A stretch of DNA of 64,000 bases from Ptychomitrium polyphyllum (GCA_973851085.1 OZ316776.1:15872001-15936000), one strand, 5' to 3'; shown: positions 24,501-39,494, counted from the first letter of the stretch. Translations and numbers: made by a program. Notes: generated from the sequence alone by a model not told the origin.

Positions 24501-25931
24501 AAATTTTAACTTTCAGTATTGATGGTGTTTTAGATTATCGTGTTTCAAACATGGAAAGACTTCTTGCAAAGACAATCACAAAGTAAGAGTGTGATGTTAG
24601 AGCTAAAAAGATTCTTATTAAAAAAAATTAACCAAACTAAAAAATATTATTAATGAATTTTGACTTGTACATCTATTATACTAAATTATATTTGTACATG
24701 ATATTATGGATTATTGAGAACATGTGAAATAATGGTTTTTAGCTGATTCCATTTTATGGATGTTTTAATAAAAGTCATATTTTTTATTATGTTTTAGTTT
24801 AATATGATTCTATTATAGAACTCAATTAATAAAATGTGCTTATTTGAATTTTATTTTTGAAGGTAGTGTTTGAAGGTTTCATATTTTCATTTTATTCAAT
24901 TACAGATTTTAAAAAGCCATAATTAATTTGTAGCAAATACAAGGATAGAAAATATTAATTTGATGTGGAACTTTGAGCTTTATATTTCATCATTTCTACA
25001 TCTTATATTTTGTCATCATTTTTCTTGTATAATCCATTTTGTAGCTTAAGCCATTATATATTTTTGCAAAATTATTGAAAAAATACTTTTTGCAACGAAT
25101 TAAAAATACTATATAATTACATTCTTAATAGTAAAAATGTTCCAAATTTTCAAAGTGAGTGGTAATCTTAAACCTAAGATTGGAACATAACTTGCTCAAA
25201 ACTTGTAATATATACTATAAGGTTGTTGTAGAATAATTTTTTTGAAATAAAACATTAGTATTTGAGCACGAAGATATAAGTTAATTAAAAACTATGCTAT
25301 AATTGAACGCACTGATTTTCTACTCCTTTTCTTTAGCTATGTTTGCCTATCTCAAATTTAAACATCTAACTTTGTTTAAAACTATAAACTTATACAATTA
25401 CATTAATATTTTGTCTCAAAAAATATCAAGGAATTTCAAAGGAAATTAGAAAAAAAATTAAACAAATAAGACCATACTATAAAAAAATAATTTTTTTTTT
25501 CTAATATATTATCCAAGATTCATTCGATTTTTATTGTATGATTTTAAAAAGTAATATTATTTCTAATATTATAAATTAATCTCTTTGGAGGCATTTGTTG
25601 GCAAAAAAAAAAGTTATTTATTTTATCAAAGGACAACTATTATAGAAGGTCTAAGATTGTTGGTAAATCCCAAGTGAATAATAAAAAGTGATCAAGTTTC
25701 ACAACATTTGTAAATATTATTTGTTATTAAATTAAATTTTTAAAATAAAAATGAATACTTATTGAAGGAGTTTTTAAAATAGATTTAAGTACTCTACAAA
25801 GGGCTTCTTACACATAATAACATCTCAATACAATAATTTGTAGAATATTATCTAGAATCTATGGTTTTTGTGTAAGGTCAAAGTAGGCCCCACTTTGTGT
25901 GTGAATGTAGTATTTGTTAATGTTCTTATAC

Positions 25932-26013
25932 AGACATGAAACTTATAAGATGTAATACCGCCATCATAGAGGCACTTCAACATGGACATGAAGCTTATCG
26001 GACGTTGTCGTAG
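25932..26013. repeat. Dispersed copy of the repeat unit at 27560-27672
   Basis: Shares gacatgaa(a/g)cttat...ccatcat(a/g)gaggcacttcaacat(g/a)gaca with 27581-27672. Confidence 0.7.
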
Positions 26014-27559
26014 AAAAAGAGCTTTACTTTGAGAAAACACCGGGCCTCTAGCTGTTACTAATTCCTCAATAATTTGATAAGATGGTATTTTAATTGAAGT
26101 CAATTATGTGCAAAAGTTTGTTTATCATATTTTTGTATACTTTGTAAAGTTCACAATCCAAATCCAAACCGTAATTATGTATTGCCTTCAAAATCCTGCT
26201 TACAAATTTGTCCATATTTCCTAATTCCAAAGTCCAATGATCCTGATATTTTGGCACTATGTTTTAAAGGCATGTAGAAAACTACGCAAAAAGTTTCATA
26301 TCTATATTTGCTATACTCATTGAGAACCATGCAATCAAAGCTCTCATTCTTCTCACCACACTCCTTCACTTTACCACCTTATAACTTCTTTTCTATCATG
26401 AACCTAGATTTTAAAATTTGTACACATACAATTTGTCTTACAATAAGTATTTTATCAAAATACCAACTTAAAAAACCTCCCCAATTTTCTTTTATAGCCA
26501 AAATATATAACCCCAACTCTGCTCTATATAACTTTCAAAAATCCGGTTATATATTCTCCTACAACTCCTACTACAAAAGCGCTTTTTCCTCAAAATATTT
26601 AAACCATCATCTAAAAGTTGTCAAAATACTACCCTCCAAATTTCATCTTCAAAGATTGTTTCTATAAAAAGTTATAAGCATTCAAAGCAACTACTTTCAA
26701 AACTTAAGGCAGTTGGACCAACTTGATTCAAACTAGTGCCACGGTCACATGAAAATCCTAAATGAAGCGTGTGATGGCATTTTAAAAAGCCTACAAACAA
26801 AGGAAGAAAATTCAACAAAAATCAACTCGAAATAAGAAATATACTATTCTCTATCACTCAGAGAAGGGCTGCCTTTTTATTCTAGTTGGAGAGGCTGAGA
26901 GAAAAGAAGAGGGCGATGGTCAAATCGCCACATCCGCCTCTTATCACTCCACATGAGCTTTATTTTTTCAAATTATTCCCTCATCTCCTTTATCAAGCCT
27001 TTATCTAACCATATCTTTAAATAAAAAACAGCCTAAATCTTTTTGTTTTGTTTTTTTTCTTTTCTTTACTCTGGTTGAAACTTTTAGGTTCCAACTCCAA
27101 AAAAAAACTAAATTAATCCTCATAAATCTAAATTAGGAACTAAAAATTAAAGTAAATGAAAGAAAATAAGAAAACATTGAAATTCAATAAGAAATGAGTT
27201 AAAAATAATATCATCGTCGAGGTAGGATTAGACACTAAGTCATGAATTTGGTTGGCTGGATAAGTTTCAACTGCTGAATTGGTCCAAGTTTGATTTTTGT
27301 CAGATTCGTTGAATAGAACGGTAGTACTGGACTTGGTATTGCTAGCAAGGAAAATACTATAGTCAATCGGCCTATTCTACCGAAGCTAAGACAAGATGCG
27401 GTTCCATCTCTAAGATAAATAAAATTGTGGTTTCACCACAACCTTTTTTAATCTAATTACTTTTTTTTCCTAATATTCTCCTCCAAATACAATAATTTAA
27501 GTTATACAAAATAATAAATACTAGTCGAGTTTTAAGATGTATAACTAATTACATTATGA

Positions 27560-27990
27560 CAACATAATACCACCATTATAGACATGAAACTTATTGGACG
27601 TAACACCACCATGATGGACATGAAGCTTATCAAACGTAGCACTACCATCATGGAGGCACTTCAACATAGACACACTACACGTGTCCCAAATCTCAGTCGT
27701 CTTGTCCCCAATTCTTAGCGATGGTGACCGTATGTTGAGGGTGGTTGATCTTGTAGCATCCATGGATACTCTGCAAGTGCTGAGGAGGTACTAGAAGGAA
27801 GACAGGAGTGATATCGATGGTGCTCGCATTCCTCGTCATCATCCATGGCCGATTCTCTGCGATGGTGACATGTTGAGGGCGTCTGGTCCTGTAGCGTCCG
27901 TGGATGCTCTGCAAGCGCTGAAGAGGAAGAAGCAGTAGGAGGAAGGTCGAAGTGGTGTCCATGGTGCTCGCATTCGTTGTTGTCCATTCA
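27560..27990. repeat. Diverged tandem repeats: ~36-bp units (27560-27660) followed by two ~140-bp units (27718-27990)
   Basis: gacatgaaacttattggacgtaacaccaccatgatg / gacatgaagcttatcaaacgtagcactaccatcatg; gcgatggtgac...atgttgaggg...ctctgcaag...atggtgctcgcattc present twice. Confidence 0.8.
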
Positions 27991-28620
27991 GAGGCGGGGG
28001 ACCATATGTTCACAAGAGCATCGAGGTAGGGCCTTCGAGATTCTGCCTCTCCCATTTGGTACACATCACTTACACTTACAATGTGTCTTCTCGATCACGA
28101 TCCTTGCGGTAAAGAACTCCTTTAAGTATTGTCCAAGTTTATGTGGTCTGCGGAGTTGGATTCTCTTGGCGAAGTCGATCTGTACCAGTTGCCTCCTTGC
28201 TTGATCTGAATATGCAAGGTCGTCGTGCGAATTCTGATACATCCTGATTCTTTGAAGTAGTCGCTGTTTCTAAACCCCCAAACGTTAATTGGGTTCCGTC
28301 TTTAAGGTTTGTAGCCACGAATCGAGCAGATTCCGAACCATCTGACCTCCGAGGATTGCGAGCGTTTCATAACCGCATCTGAATCGTGGGGCTTTAGCCA
28401 TCACCTGCCATAATGGGCGGGGGCGAATACTAGAGGAGCTGATTCGTGTGACATTCATCATAAATATGAATCGTTTTAATTTGGTAACAAGGAGACGTCT
28501 CAATTGATGTGGACATTAGGATTGAAGGCGGTTTTGGAGAGCATCAGAATAGGAGAGGAAGATTCGTTTGCAAATGGTAGTGCATATTTTTCTGTGTGGA
28601 GGTGCGGAATTCTGGAACCT
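27715..28620 (-). pseudogene. Decayed ORF of unknown family with a C-terminal ~47-aa repeat
   Basis: One frame links ORFs 28285-28503 and 27715-27987, with 5 internal stops in ~300 codons. Repeat units are MDNNECEHH...SSALAEHP.TLQDQ and MDDDEECEHH...SSALAEYP.MLQDQ. Confidence 0.4.
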
Positions 28621-29018
28621 TACTCTCTGCAATCAAATTCGTTCCTAGGCTCAAGCTTTCTGGAATGGTGATCGTCAGTGAGCATCGGATACATAGCGAC
28701 TATAACATAAGGTCTTTGTCATTTACAGTAGCATGAGGGTAGTTCGTATTGCCAAGAAGACTTGAAATATAAGTAACAGTCCCAATTCGCCGGGAAACCA
28801 TTGTCGCAGTGCAGTTGGACGCATCGACATGAGCTGCATATTGTGGCAGGCTCAGTATTGCAAGCATTAGGATATGATTAAAATCAGCTTGACCGGCTGT
28901 TTAAAACATTTGTTACAAGTATATATACTGCACCTACAAATCACCCCTCACGCTCAAACTATTTTTTGTGCCTACTGAGCGAATAAACAGTGTTTCTGCC
29001 TCCATACAAGTTGACACG

Positions 29019-32000
29019 CTACACAGTGATACTGTTGGGGACACCCATTCCCGTCACACCAGGTGCTGAGCTTGGTCGTAGCAATTGGAAAGGGAAATTG
29101 CCAACTCCGCAACGGTTCTTCAATTTCGGATCCGCATTACGCGCCTGAATCAACTGGTCAATGTCTTGCAATTTGGCTGCATACCGCGCGAAGGCATCCT
29201 TGACCTTCAAGAAGTAAAACAATTAACACTAATAAGAAACGATTACCCAGACAAGCTATTCTTAAGATTACAGAGGCAAGGATTTGCTTTGGTTCGACTT
29301 CAGGTATTCAAAGTTCAAGGATGATTATATTCTTCAAAACATTAATGCTCAGTAAAAGATGCAGAAGAAAAGAATTCACGTACCCTCTCGTTCTCAGTCC
29401 AGCCTGTTGTGCGCTGGCCGATGTACTCTTCATTGGGGGCATGGGCAGCCACGACTTCAAACACAGCCATAGCAGTGGTTGTAGTGTCAGTGTCTGAAAT
29501 GAGCGTCAGCCAGAACTTCTCAGGGTTAGCTTGCATCTCTTTCCAGTCTTTGGTACCCTCCTCTGGAATCAGGCGGCGGGTAATCGCAGGGTGCTGGGGC
29601 ATCCATGCTGCGTAATCGTATTGACCGAAGTTGATAGGCGCGTGCATGGCCGTGCAAATCCATACAATCGTTGTGATAATTTCTGCAAGGCTTGCCTTCC
29701 CATCCAGCTCAGGCCATCCAGGTGCATCCTTCATGTCACCGTGACCCTCATTGCGGTACTCTTTCCACCAGGCCTGAAGCTCGGGATCTTCTAGAATCTG
29801 CTTGTCATCCTTATAGAAGATATCAATGTACTCTGCGTTCCATGATTTCATGGCTGCCCAAAGCTCAAGCCCGTCTGATGCGTAAGGGTAATCCTCAATG
29901 GCGAGCTTGACGCCATGTTTAGCACTGCTGTCGGGTTCGGCCATACCTCTGCAGAACAGGATAAAGATGTCAGCTTCTTGAAACAGACACAGGGATGACA
30001 CTTCAGGTTATGCCACAATTTGTGAATCGAGATTCCACCTTCTGATGAGGTCCTTTGGCAGAGCATTCGATTCAAATGTCCAGTTGTCTCTGTAGGAGGT
30101 AGAAGCCAGTCGCACAACGTACTCACGGGGAGTATAAATCTCCTCAATAGTACCATTGGCAGGAAGGAGGTTCATTCGAGCAGTGGAATTCACTGTCAGG
30201 GTGTGCCTGAAATGCGGCAACAGCAACTGCATGATTGGGTGCAGCTTGCTTAGATTACGGTGTGAAGCGATGATTGCGGGCTCCGTCACTGCATGGCAGA
30301 GAGTGCTGCAAAATAGAATACAGAGAAAGCACTTATGGTCAGAAGTACATCACGACTGTTCCAACTAGAAAGATCGAAGCAGAGTGACTCATTGACAAAA
30401 GTGAGAGAAAACCCTCCACGCTAGGGCATGTTTGGGCAAATGCTGCTTCTGGCAGAAGGATGACACTCACAAGTGACTAACAGCTTGATGCATAGACATT
30501 TCATTGTTCACGGCGTGAGACTTCGCAAACTCCCAGACATAATCTGTCTTAGAAGTATCCGTTGGGGGTGTGAACACTCGAGAAACCTTCGCTGCACCCT
30601 TGATTGGGGGAATAACCAACTCGATGGCAAGCACCTTCAACGTTTCATCCGCCGACAAGAAGAAGAGCACTCTCGAGGCGTATGTTTTGCTGTTGGGGAG
30701 TGCGTTAATTCTCTCCACCCATGGGAGGAAAGTGTCATGATGATCAACAGTGAACAGCTTCTTTTCGGATAAAGCCTACACATAAATCATAGGAAATGTT
30801 AGACATGGTTTTTGTGATCGTTGACATTCTATTATTTCTGATTCAAGACAACAGGTTTTGGTTTGGACACTTCGTGATTACCTGTTCCACACTACGACCT
30901 TCCAATTTTCCTTCAATGTGTTTCGCCGTGATTGCAGATGTAGGGTCCCCAAACTCGGGGCCAAGTTTGCTCTTCATTGGAAATTCCTGTACATCATAAG
31001 CATATTCACATCAAGGTCTATCAACATCAAGTAATTCTATGCAATCATATGAAACAAGATGTAAGAATTTATCCGTTCAGTTCATAACCACGCAAGGAAG
31101 TAGTCACCGTGACGAGCTTGGTCTCGATAGGGTTGAAGCCCGCCAAATTCTCCCGAGCAAACTCCGAGTCGGCCTGCCATGCATGCTCGTCATCTGTGAG
31201 CCAGAAGCGCAGAGAAGGGCGGATCAGTCATTTGGTACATTAATATTCCGTTGGTACACTTGTTACATTGATACGTCTTTAGAACAAGAAAATAGAAATT
31301 TCTATAAATTAGGCTAATATCTCTATGTAAACATATCACCATTTTAGGGATACGGGAGAACATACTTTTCAGGATTTGAGGGATGGGGAAGCGGAAAGCA
31401 TTGGCTTTCTGTCCGTCAGCTCGTTTGGCCGTCAATTCATTCAAGAATCGCATAGGATGCTGCTCTGTGGAAGGGACGTCGACCTTGTCGGGCAACACGT
31501 TGTTAAGTCCTTCGATTTTCTCCCCCTTGGGAGCAAAGAGCTTCTTGATTTCGGCAATGCTGTCGAAGCTGGCTTTCTTCATAATCTTCGCCTCGATTTT
31601 CGACTGGGCAATGTGACCTCCAGCTTTGAGAAGATCGGCCTTGTTGTCGCTCATCTTCGCGTAATCAAAACGTTCATCACTTGGGACGTAGAACTCTCCA
31701 TACTCATTGGTATAACGGCTCTCGGTCTTGGCATCTACACCAACAGAAGCATCGTCATTTCTAATGTATGGAACCCACATGACACATTCCGCACCGTCAG
31801 AGCATGCGCCAAATTCAAACGAGCGGATACTCAGTGTAATTGATGTAACTTACCGTATTTGGTGGTTGGTCGCCCAGTTCGAACTCTACGAGGGAAAGGA
31901 TATTCAGGGTTACCACCAAGGGGGGGTCTGGAAAGCGCTTTGGCTTTTTCGACGTCGTCCTTGGCATCGTCGGGTTTTCCCAAGTCGTTGTAGAAGTCGT

Positions 32001-33133
32001 AGTCGTAAATGCGGTCCGACACAATCCGCTCGCCCGTTCCATTGCCTCGAAGAGTTTCGAGCTCCTTCGCACGCAACTCTTTCAAAGCAGCAGGCGTTTC
32101 ATGTGGCAAGTAAGCCTGCAAGCAACAAACAAGCTTCGTTAAAATCGGAACAACCTTAGAAAACGATATGCAATGTTTGGGGAGTTTCAATTGAACTACA
32201 ATGCGCGCACCTTGTTGTGAAAAAATATGCGAGGTCCAATGGGCTCAGTCTTCTCAGTGTTGAACACCCACGAGTTGGTCATGTACTGGGCAATACTCCT
32301 GTCAGGCAGGTCAATGTGGAAGCTCTCCAGGAGAAACTCGTTCGGGTGCGTGTTCCTCACAATGAGTCCCACTGGGACTCTGAATGACTTCAGCACGGTC
32401 CATTTAAGGTCGAAATTGATCTGGTTTGCAGTCAATGGGTCGAACAATGTCACCCATCCCTCAAAGTTCATCTCCTTGCTCAACATGGGCTTTCCAGTGC
32501 CTGCGCGTCCAATTACACCAAAGCTTCTTTACGTTTACCTCAATAGTCACCATCTATGGATTGCCATAGGTAGAATGAAATTGTACCGAGGCATCACCAT
32601 AGCCTAACCGAAATGGATAGATATTGTTCCCAGGCTATGGATCTAATGAGATACTAAGCATGTAAAAGAGGCATTGTCGGTTATTGAGTGGGATATGAAA
32701 CAGTGGTGTGCAATGAACAGTTAGAGGTCAGCGTACTTGGGTCGATTTCGCCGCTCATGAGCTGGATAGAGACTTTCTTCCCCTGAAGCAGTTCGCTAGC
32801 ATCGTCCTGGGCGTCCGCAACGCGATCCATCAAGTCCAGCATCTTCAGCTTCTTAACAACCACAGCCTTCCCTTTGTACTCAACCATGTCGCTAGCTCCC
32901 CTGGCAGTGGAGCCATCACCGTGCAGCTTCTTGTCGACATAGCTCGTCACTTTCCCCACCTTCGATTCCAACCACCCCGGAGACGATGCACTCTCACTTC
33001 CACTACTAGAAGTCGCCTTCACAGTCTCCGGCTTACCCATATTCTTCCCTTTCTTCACCACATATGCACTACCTCGTAAACCACCCAAGGTGGAAGCAGC
33101 AACACTTCCTGTTTTGAACTGATTGAGCAACAT
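29019..33133 (-). CDS. LOX: Lipoxygenase A (10 exons, 943 aa, probable N-terminal plastid transit peptide)
   Basis: Exons 33133-32737, 32500-32211, 32115-31854, 31734-31366, 31193-31108, 30986-30882, 30775-30471, 30305-30039, 29948-29384, 29204-29019 total 2832 nt in frame. Motifs [57 protein letters not shown]. Confidence 0.95.
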
Positions 33134-36059
33134 ATCTACAGAGTCCGTATATCACAGACACAGGTGAAATCAAGTGCTATACAAAACGGGACGCTGTCAG
33201 AACTGTATCGCCGCAGTGAAATCCGCTAATGCACTCCACAGCCCCAATTTCTAGTGAGTGACGATCTCAGTGTCCGAAGATGGTCTTGCAAGGACTGTGA
33301 TTCTTGAGATTATTCGTGGCGAATAACTTACTATTAACTACTGCAAATGTGACTCATGGAGGTGCATAACGCATGTTCGCCATGCTTACTAAAGGCACTG
33401 TACGTCCTCAAAAGTTCGCAGACGTTCCAAAATGTTCACGAAGAAGCAACGGAATTCGAGGGAACAAAGGTAGAATATGCCACTGGAACGTGGCCTTCAA
33501 CGGGTGTCGGCAAGCATAGTGTGGGAGGCAATGGACAGAAGCTGACTCTCGGTGACCAGCCTTAGCTGTATCCTTCGACAAACGTATTGCATCACTTTTT
33601 TCTGCAACTGCGGTATGCGAGACAAAAGGGTGTTTATGAGTGCATCTATCGCCGTACATGAAAAGCGCGTGCGTGCACAACGTCGGACCAGTCTGTGCGT
33701 GGATCAATGACAAATTAACTCTAGGTGGGTGAGGGCAATGATAAAAGTTTGAACCGTCGACCAAACATACGAACCTTAAAAGTGAACCCTTCCCGAGGTC
33801 TGCATGAACTCAGAAAGTGGGATTTGTTGTAGCTGGCCATTTAAAAGGATTTTCTCATCCTTTTTTATTAAATTTTTTTAAATAAAAGGAGAAATCAATT
33901 GCTGAAAAGGAAATGTTAGGACAAGAGTGAGAAACCTTTTGGTTTTTAAGGTTGCCCAAGATAAGATAATGAATAGAATTAGGCATAGGTCCCAAATGAT
34001 ATCATCTAATCTCTAAATTTTTTTTCTTATCTAAGATACTATTGCGCATCTAAAAGTTGTTAAAGGCCTTTAATAATTGAGATTCAAGTTTTGTAAAAAA
34101 AAATTGGTTCTCAATGCCTCTTTTTTACTTAAATTTTCCATAATTTATTAATGCTTGCCACATCATTTCAATGACATGTTGATCCAACTAATTTTTATTA
34201 TTAAAAGTTTTAGCGTTTCTTTGGAATCAATTAGTCCATATGGCAATGCTTCTAAAGAGCATCCAAATTTTCCTAATTAATTAGAACCATGTTGGTTATC
34301 CTTAACAAAAGATGGTTTGCTTTCATATGGCTTCATTAATTTAATTTAAATTTATAGATAATTATAGAAGTTTATTTTTAGATGTGTTTGAAATGGAAAC
34401 AAGTCCAAAGCAAATTAAACATTAATTTGGTAATAGCTAATATGTAAAAGGTGCATTCACCATTAATTATTTCTTTAATTGTAATTTGCCACTTATTGGT
34501 TGTAAATCCCTAATTTTAAATTAACTACAAGAAGATAGCTTCTTTATACGTTTTATTTGCCCACCTTACATCCTCCCATTTGAAATATAAAATGTTTAAC
34601 AAAACCCTTGTCATTTAATAAAAGCCAAGTTAAATTATGAATGTTTATTTGTAATCATCAATAAACTTTTTTTACTATATTAGCAATTTTCTTGGCCTAA
34701 TTAGTCACATGTAACTTTATAAGTAAGGGTTAAACACAAAGACCAGGGCATAAAAAATTTAACATGTTTTACTTGTGTTACTTTTGTGTCTATGTTTTTA
34801 AATCTGCAAAGCACTACCTTCTTGATCTATCTCATAAGCAAATTGTAGTATTTTATTTAAATGACCTAGTTGGTTGGAAATACCTTTAGAACCAAATTAA
34901 AGTATAATATTAATTAAAAGTTAAAGTAGAGGCTGCAGGCTAATAATAAATATAACAATAGAAAGTACTTAAAGTAGCACCATAAATGATTGACTTCTTG
35001 CATACATAAAAAAATTATATGGTATTTAAAAACCTATTTGCACTTTAATTTGGCATATTCTTGCATGCATATAAAAAACATTATTTGGTATTCAGTAAAT
35101 TATTTGTAAAAAGTCCTTCTAATAAATTCCAAGCTTATACCATAGGACTAGTATATAAACAAAAGATAATAAGTAGCCAAATGAAAAAATAAAAAATCCA
35201 CATATGTGATAATAGAAAAAAATAGGATAGACAAAAGTTATGTTCATTAATATATTATATTAAGTCCAATAGAATCATATGAAAAAAGAAAATAATATTT
35301 TGCTACAAATTATCAACAACCTAATTTAAAAATGCCAAGAAGGCCACCATCAATTTGCTTTATTTCCTATCAATGCTATTACGTATAATATTAATATCTT
35401 TCTAGAAGTTAGTTTTTAAAGTTCCATTATATTGTCAAAAATTTGCTTTATATTATAGCTATATATAAAAAGTAATGTAGTAAGTTTTTTTGTATATAAA
35501 GCAATAATACATTTAGAACAAAGACAAACATTCTTAGTTGAACAAATAATACAATTTTGTTAAAGATTTGGATATCTTTTATATTTGAAGAATTGTAAAT
35601 GAGCAAATAGACTACAAAGACCATGTTTTTGGTCAATATATAAATATGGAGCTAAGAGGTACATCATTAATATGTGATCCAAAGAAAACTTGATCAAATT
35701 GGCAAATTGAAGAAATCAACATTTATTTGAGATCACATATACAAATTATGAAAGATGGAATTGCTTATGTGAAACTTGAAGTGATGCTTTCATTAATAGA
35801 AGTAATATTGCATCATATGTTATATGCACTTTTAGTTAATTATGCTAATCCTTCTCACTTTTGTCGGTACTCCACCAAAATAATTTGCTTGGAGAACAAT
35901 ATTCATTCTTGAAAGTGTTTTTTCAACCATCAAGCAAGCAATGTGCTTTCATCAATTAAGGTAGCATTTTTAAAAGCAATTAAATTAATTTTTAATCTGT
36001 TTTATATATATTTGAGATCTTCCATGACCTATGTATATGTACATTTAAGTGGTTATTAA

Positions 36060-37500
36060 AATACAAATATGCCTTACTCTTCAAAGTTAAGCCCAAAAAG
36101 GATGGCAAAGTGCAAGGTTATTCTTTCTTCATCATTTTAATAGGCCATAGTCTACATTGCAAGGGAGATATAGAGAGATGTATGCTACCAAAAAAATTAT
36201 TACTTGTTATTATATTACAGCAAATTTTCAACAAAGCTAAGTACAAATTTTTAATTGACCAAAGTGCTTTATTTACATCCAAGTCTTGATAAATATTTTG
36301 GATGGAATCATAAATGCAAGAAATTATCATCATTATCACAAAGCACAATTTAACGTACAAGCATAATAATAAAATACAAAAACAAGTGATATTAAAATTG
36401 TATGATGTGAACACTATAAGAGATTATTTTAATATGGAAGAATTAATCAAAAAAGAAGCATTTAGGCTAACTTGAAAGAAGCTTCTATCAGCCATTTGTC
36501 TATACTTATCTCATTGTAGTTAGGTGTATGAATATGAATTACTACTTGCAGGTTGTCAATCAAGTAATAACTTATGCATCTAATGAACTCAACTTTTGCA
36601 TGGCAACATTGTAATAGAATACTTATAAAGAGTCCATTTTTTAGTATATTTGTTAATGATTTTAAATCCACTAAAATTAAACTAAATCAAAATCAAATTA
36701 AAAACTCTTCCTTATCAATTTTTATACAATCATGCCGCACAATAAGTAGATGAGCTTCATTTTAATTAGATTAGCTTGCATGTTTGTACATCATTGCTAT
36801 CAATGAAAGCACAAGGATTTCAAATAGTTTTTCATATTTCTATTAAAAAGGAGATTATAAAAATGCACATGCAAGGAATGTAAGCAATTTAAAAGGGCAA
36901 TATCTACAATGTCAAACATACATATGTTTGATAATAAGATTCCTTGCCCATAACGTTGTTCGTACGTTTAATTGATCATACAAAAATCATATAGTGCATT
37001 GTAAAATAGATGGCATTGATTAAATAATGTACCTTTATTTGTTGAATTTTACAAGTTGTTGTGAAATTATTGTAGTTTATATCTTCATTTGTGTTATATA
37101 AGAATCAATAATTTATATCTTCATTTGTATTATATAATTCTTGTTCAAATCAAAACATCATTTAGGCAAGACAAACAAAAAATGGTAGATGTTATACCTT
37201 GCAAATTCAAACCTTAAAGTCATTTTACATTGTATACCAATCAATGTTGTTTGTGTCATTATTGACAATGATTAACAAAAAACTATTTGTGACAATTGTT
37301 GTATTATTAAATAATAAAGAAGGCCCCTTTTTAAATTGCAAAGTCTACTTAGTTGAGCTTGCTAAAGCTATAGTAGAAGCCATCTTCATTTTAGTCACTT
37401 TCATTTCTAATATACCAATATTCTTTCCAAAGTCAAAGATAAACATAGGCATTATGTGCACCTCATGGTAATATTACTATTAAACTTTCTTTATAAAATA
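36060..37500 (+). mobile_element. Highly decayed Ty3/gypsy pol remnant
   Basis: Degenerate motifs KPKKDGKV (RT N-terminal, ~36090) and QVITYAS..LN (RNase H, ~36560). AT-rich and full of stops. Confidence 0.4.
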
Positions 37501-39494
37501 CTATAAATAGTCCAACCTTGATGGATTAATCTCAAAACCTTCAAACAAAAAAAACTATGTCATTTGCTTGTAAATGATCTTGAGCAATCACATTTAATTC
37601 TATTGGAAGCCTCCACTTCAAAGTTTATACTTTAGCTACTAAAGACACTACAATAAATAAACAATCTACCATCCTACAATTATGTAGATTTTGATGATAA
37701 TTATGAAGACTTTGATAACTTTCTATATTTAAATAAATGACTTAGATTGAATTTTTTTATATAAAAGAAACAAATTCCACTTCTAAAATGTACTTAAGGT
37801 TGTATTACTAAACCTTGCCCATTACCTTTCATTGCTTCATCTCTATTGCCACCTTTACAATAGAATCATCTACTGTTGGTTACCTATTTGTTAGAAGGAA
37901 GTACAAAGTTCCTCCTTAATTATATCATTCTTATCAACATTCCACTCCCTTAAATTATAGCTTAACCATTTGCTTCATCATAATCCAGCTGTAAAGGCTT
38001 CAATCTTGAAGCAACTCTTGGCAACAAATGGCAACTCTTGTTAACCACAATGCATGGAATTTCTACTACAAGGGCCCCAAACTTCGTGGTCCTACGAAAT
38101 CCTTAAGCTTTTTCATATTTTTCTTTACTGCTTTACTCCCTGGTTTGCGCTAGAATCCGTCTAGTCCTTCAATCGTCCTTGTAAGCACCAATCTTTCATG
38201 ATGAGTTTATCTCATTTTGACACTAGAATTGGGCCATCTGCCTCATCGTTCCTTGGAGTTGACGGAACTAAACCAGATCCGAAGATGCTGTTAGTGAAAA
38301 ACCATTATTACGACAAAACTACAGAGGCCTAGTACTTTGCACTCTGGACTCTGAAGCCGATCTATCCTGAGAGATCAATTTAAAACGCATTTGTCAGCCT
38401 CAATCACCTGTAAATCAGGTACTACTCACGAGAGTCCTGCAGAGGCGGGATAGGAATCCCACACGAGACATTCGAGGGAGCTGCTGGTACATGTAGTGAC
38501 ATAGTACGTCGTCGTCTCCTGTTTTGGACTTGCTGTAGTCGTGGATCACGGAAAAGGCTGTAATTGACGTTGTTATACAGTTGGACAATTTTAGACAGAT
38601 TTCAAAAATACTATCATTGAGCTTCTCAGGAGACCTGCATTGTCCCGACACTACAGAGTGCCGATAAAGAGCCAGCTACCTCATCGTTCTGCAAAGCTCT
38701 CGTGCTTCGTGATCATGATTACATGAGTGCCTGAAAAGGATTCCTTTTTTCACACGGCACGATATTTTAAAGGAGATATTTTAATTTTACGGTACACTGC
38801 ATCAAAGATATGCACTGGTTTGTGAATGGTTTCGCCTGGCCATGCCTCTTTTGATGTTTTTCTGGCGGTGCTTATTCCTTAGTGAATAATTGGTTGCACA
38901 TGGGGGTTGCTTGTAAACTGACCCTTTCCTCAACTAAAATATCACCAGTGATATTGTCTCCTTCATTGCATTTGAATTTAGGATTGAAGCACATGTTTGA
39001 ATACCATCAAATTTCTCTGTCGTGATTGGCCCGAGTATATAAATACATGTATCTGGGGTCACTCATCCACTTTCTAAAGCATAGAGGATAAGCATACAAA
39101 TAACTCTATAACCTTAAATTTATCTTGAAAGTATTCAGGTTACCAACAAATCTTTATTTCAGTTATCGTCTAGCAGTTAGCTGACTCTCAATTCAGCTTC
39201 TTCACCAAGTTTCAACTGTTGGAAGCGAGCTCTATACTACTAAAGTTATGCATAAGAACTTATTGTGAGACGAATTTCTTCTGAGATTGTGCTCTGTACC
39301 AACTCGTAGTTGAAAATCATTTCTTATTACAGATTCAGATTACATGTCTTAGCACAAGCACGTAACACCCAGCTTCACCGTAAATAAGACTTAGAAACTG
39401 ATATAAGAGCCCACTATATTTCAAAAAAGTTAGTATATCACAATGCAGGCTTTTGAGCCATATTCACAGCCTTCCGACAAAATGCTAAACAACT

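Noticed and set aside
27560..27990. CRISPR-like repeat-spacer array
   Set aside because: Units are diverged tandem copies without unique spacers, in a eukaryotic context with no cas genes.
38090..38420. Stop-poor frame upstream of ORF 38415-38651
   Set aside because: Short, interrupted by stops and without a recognisable motif.
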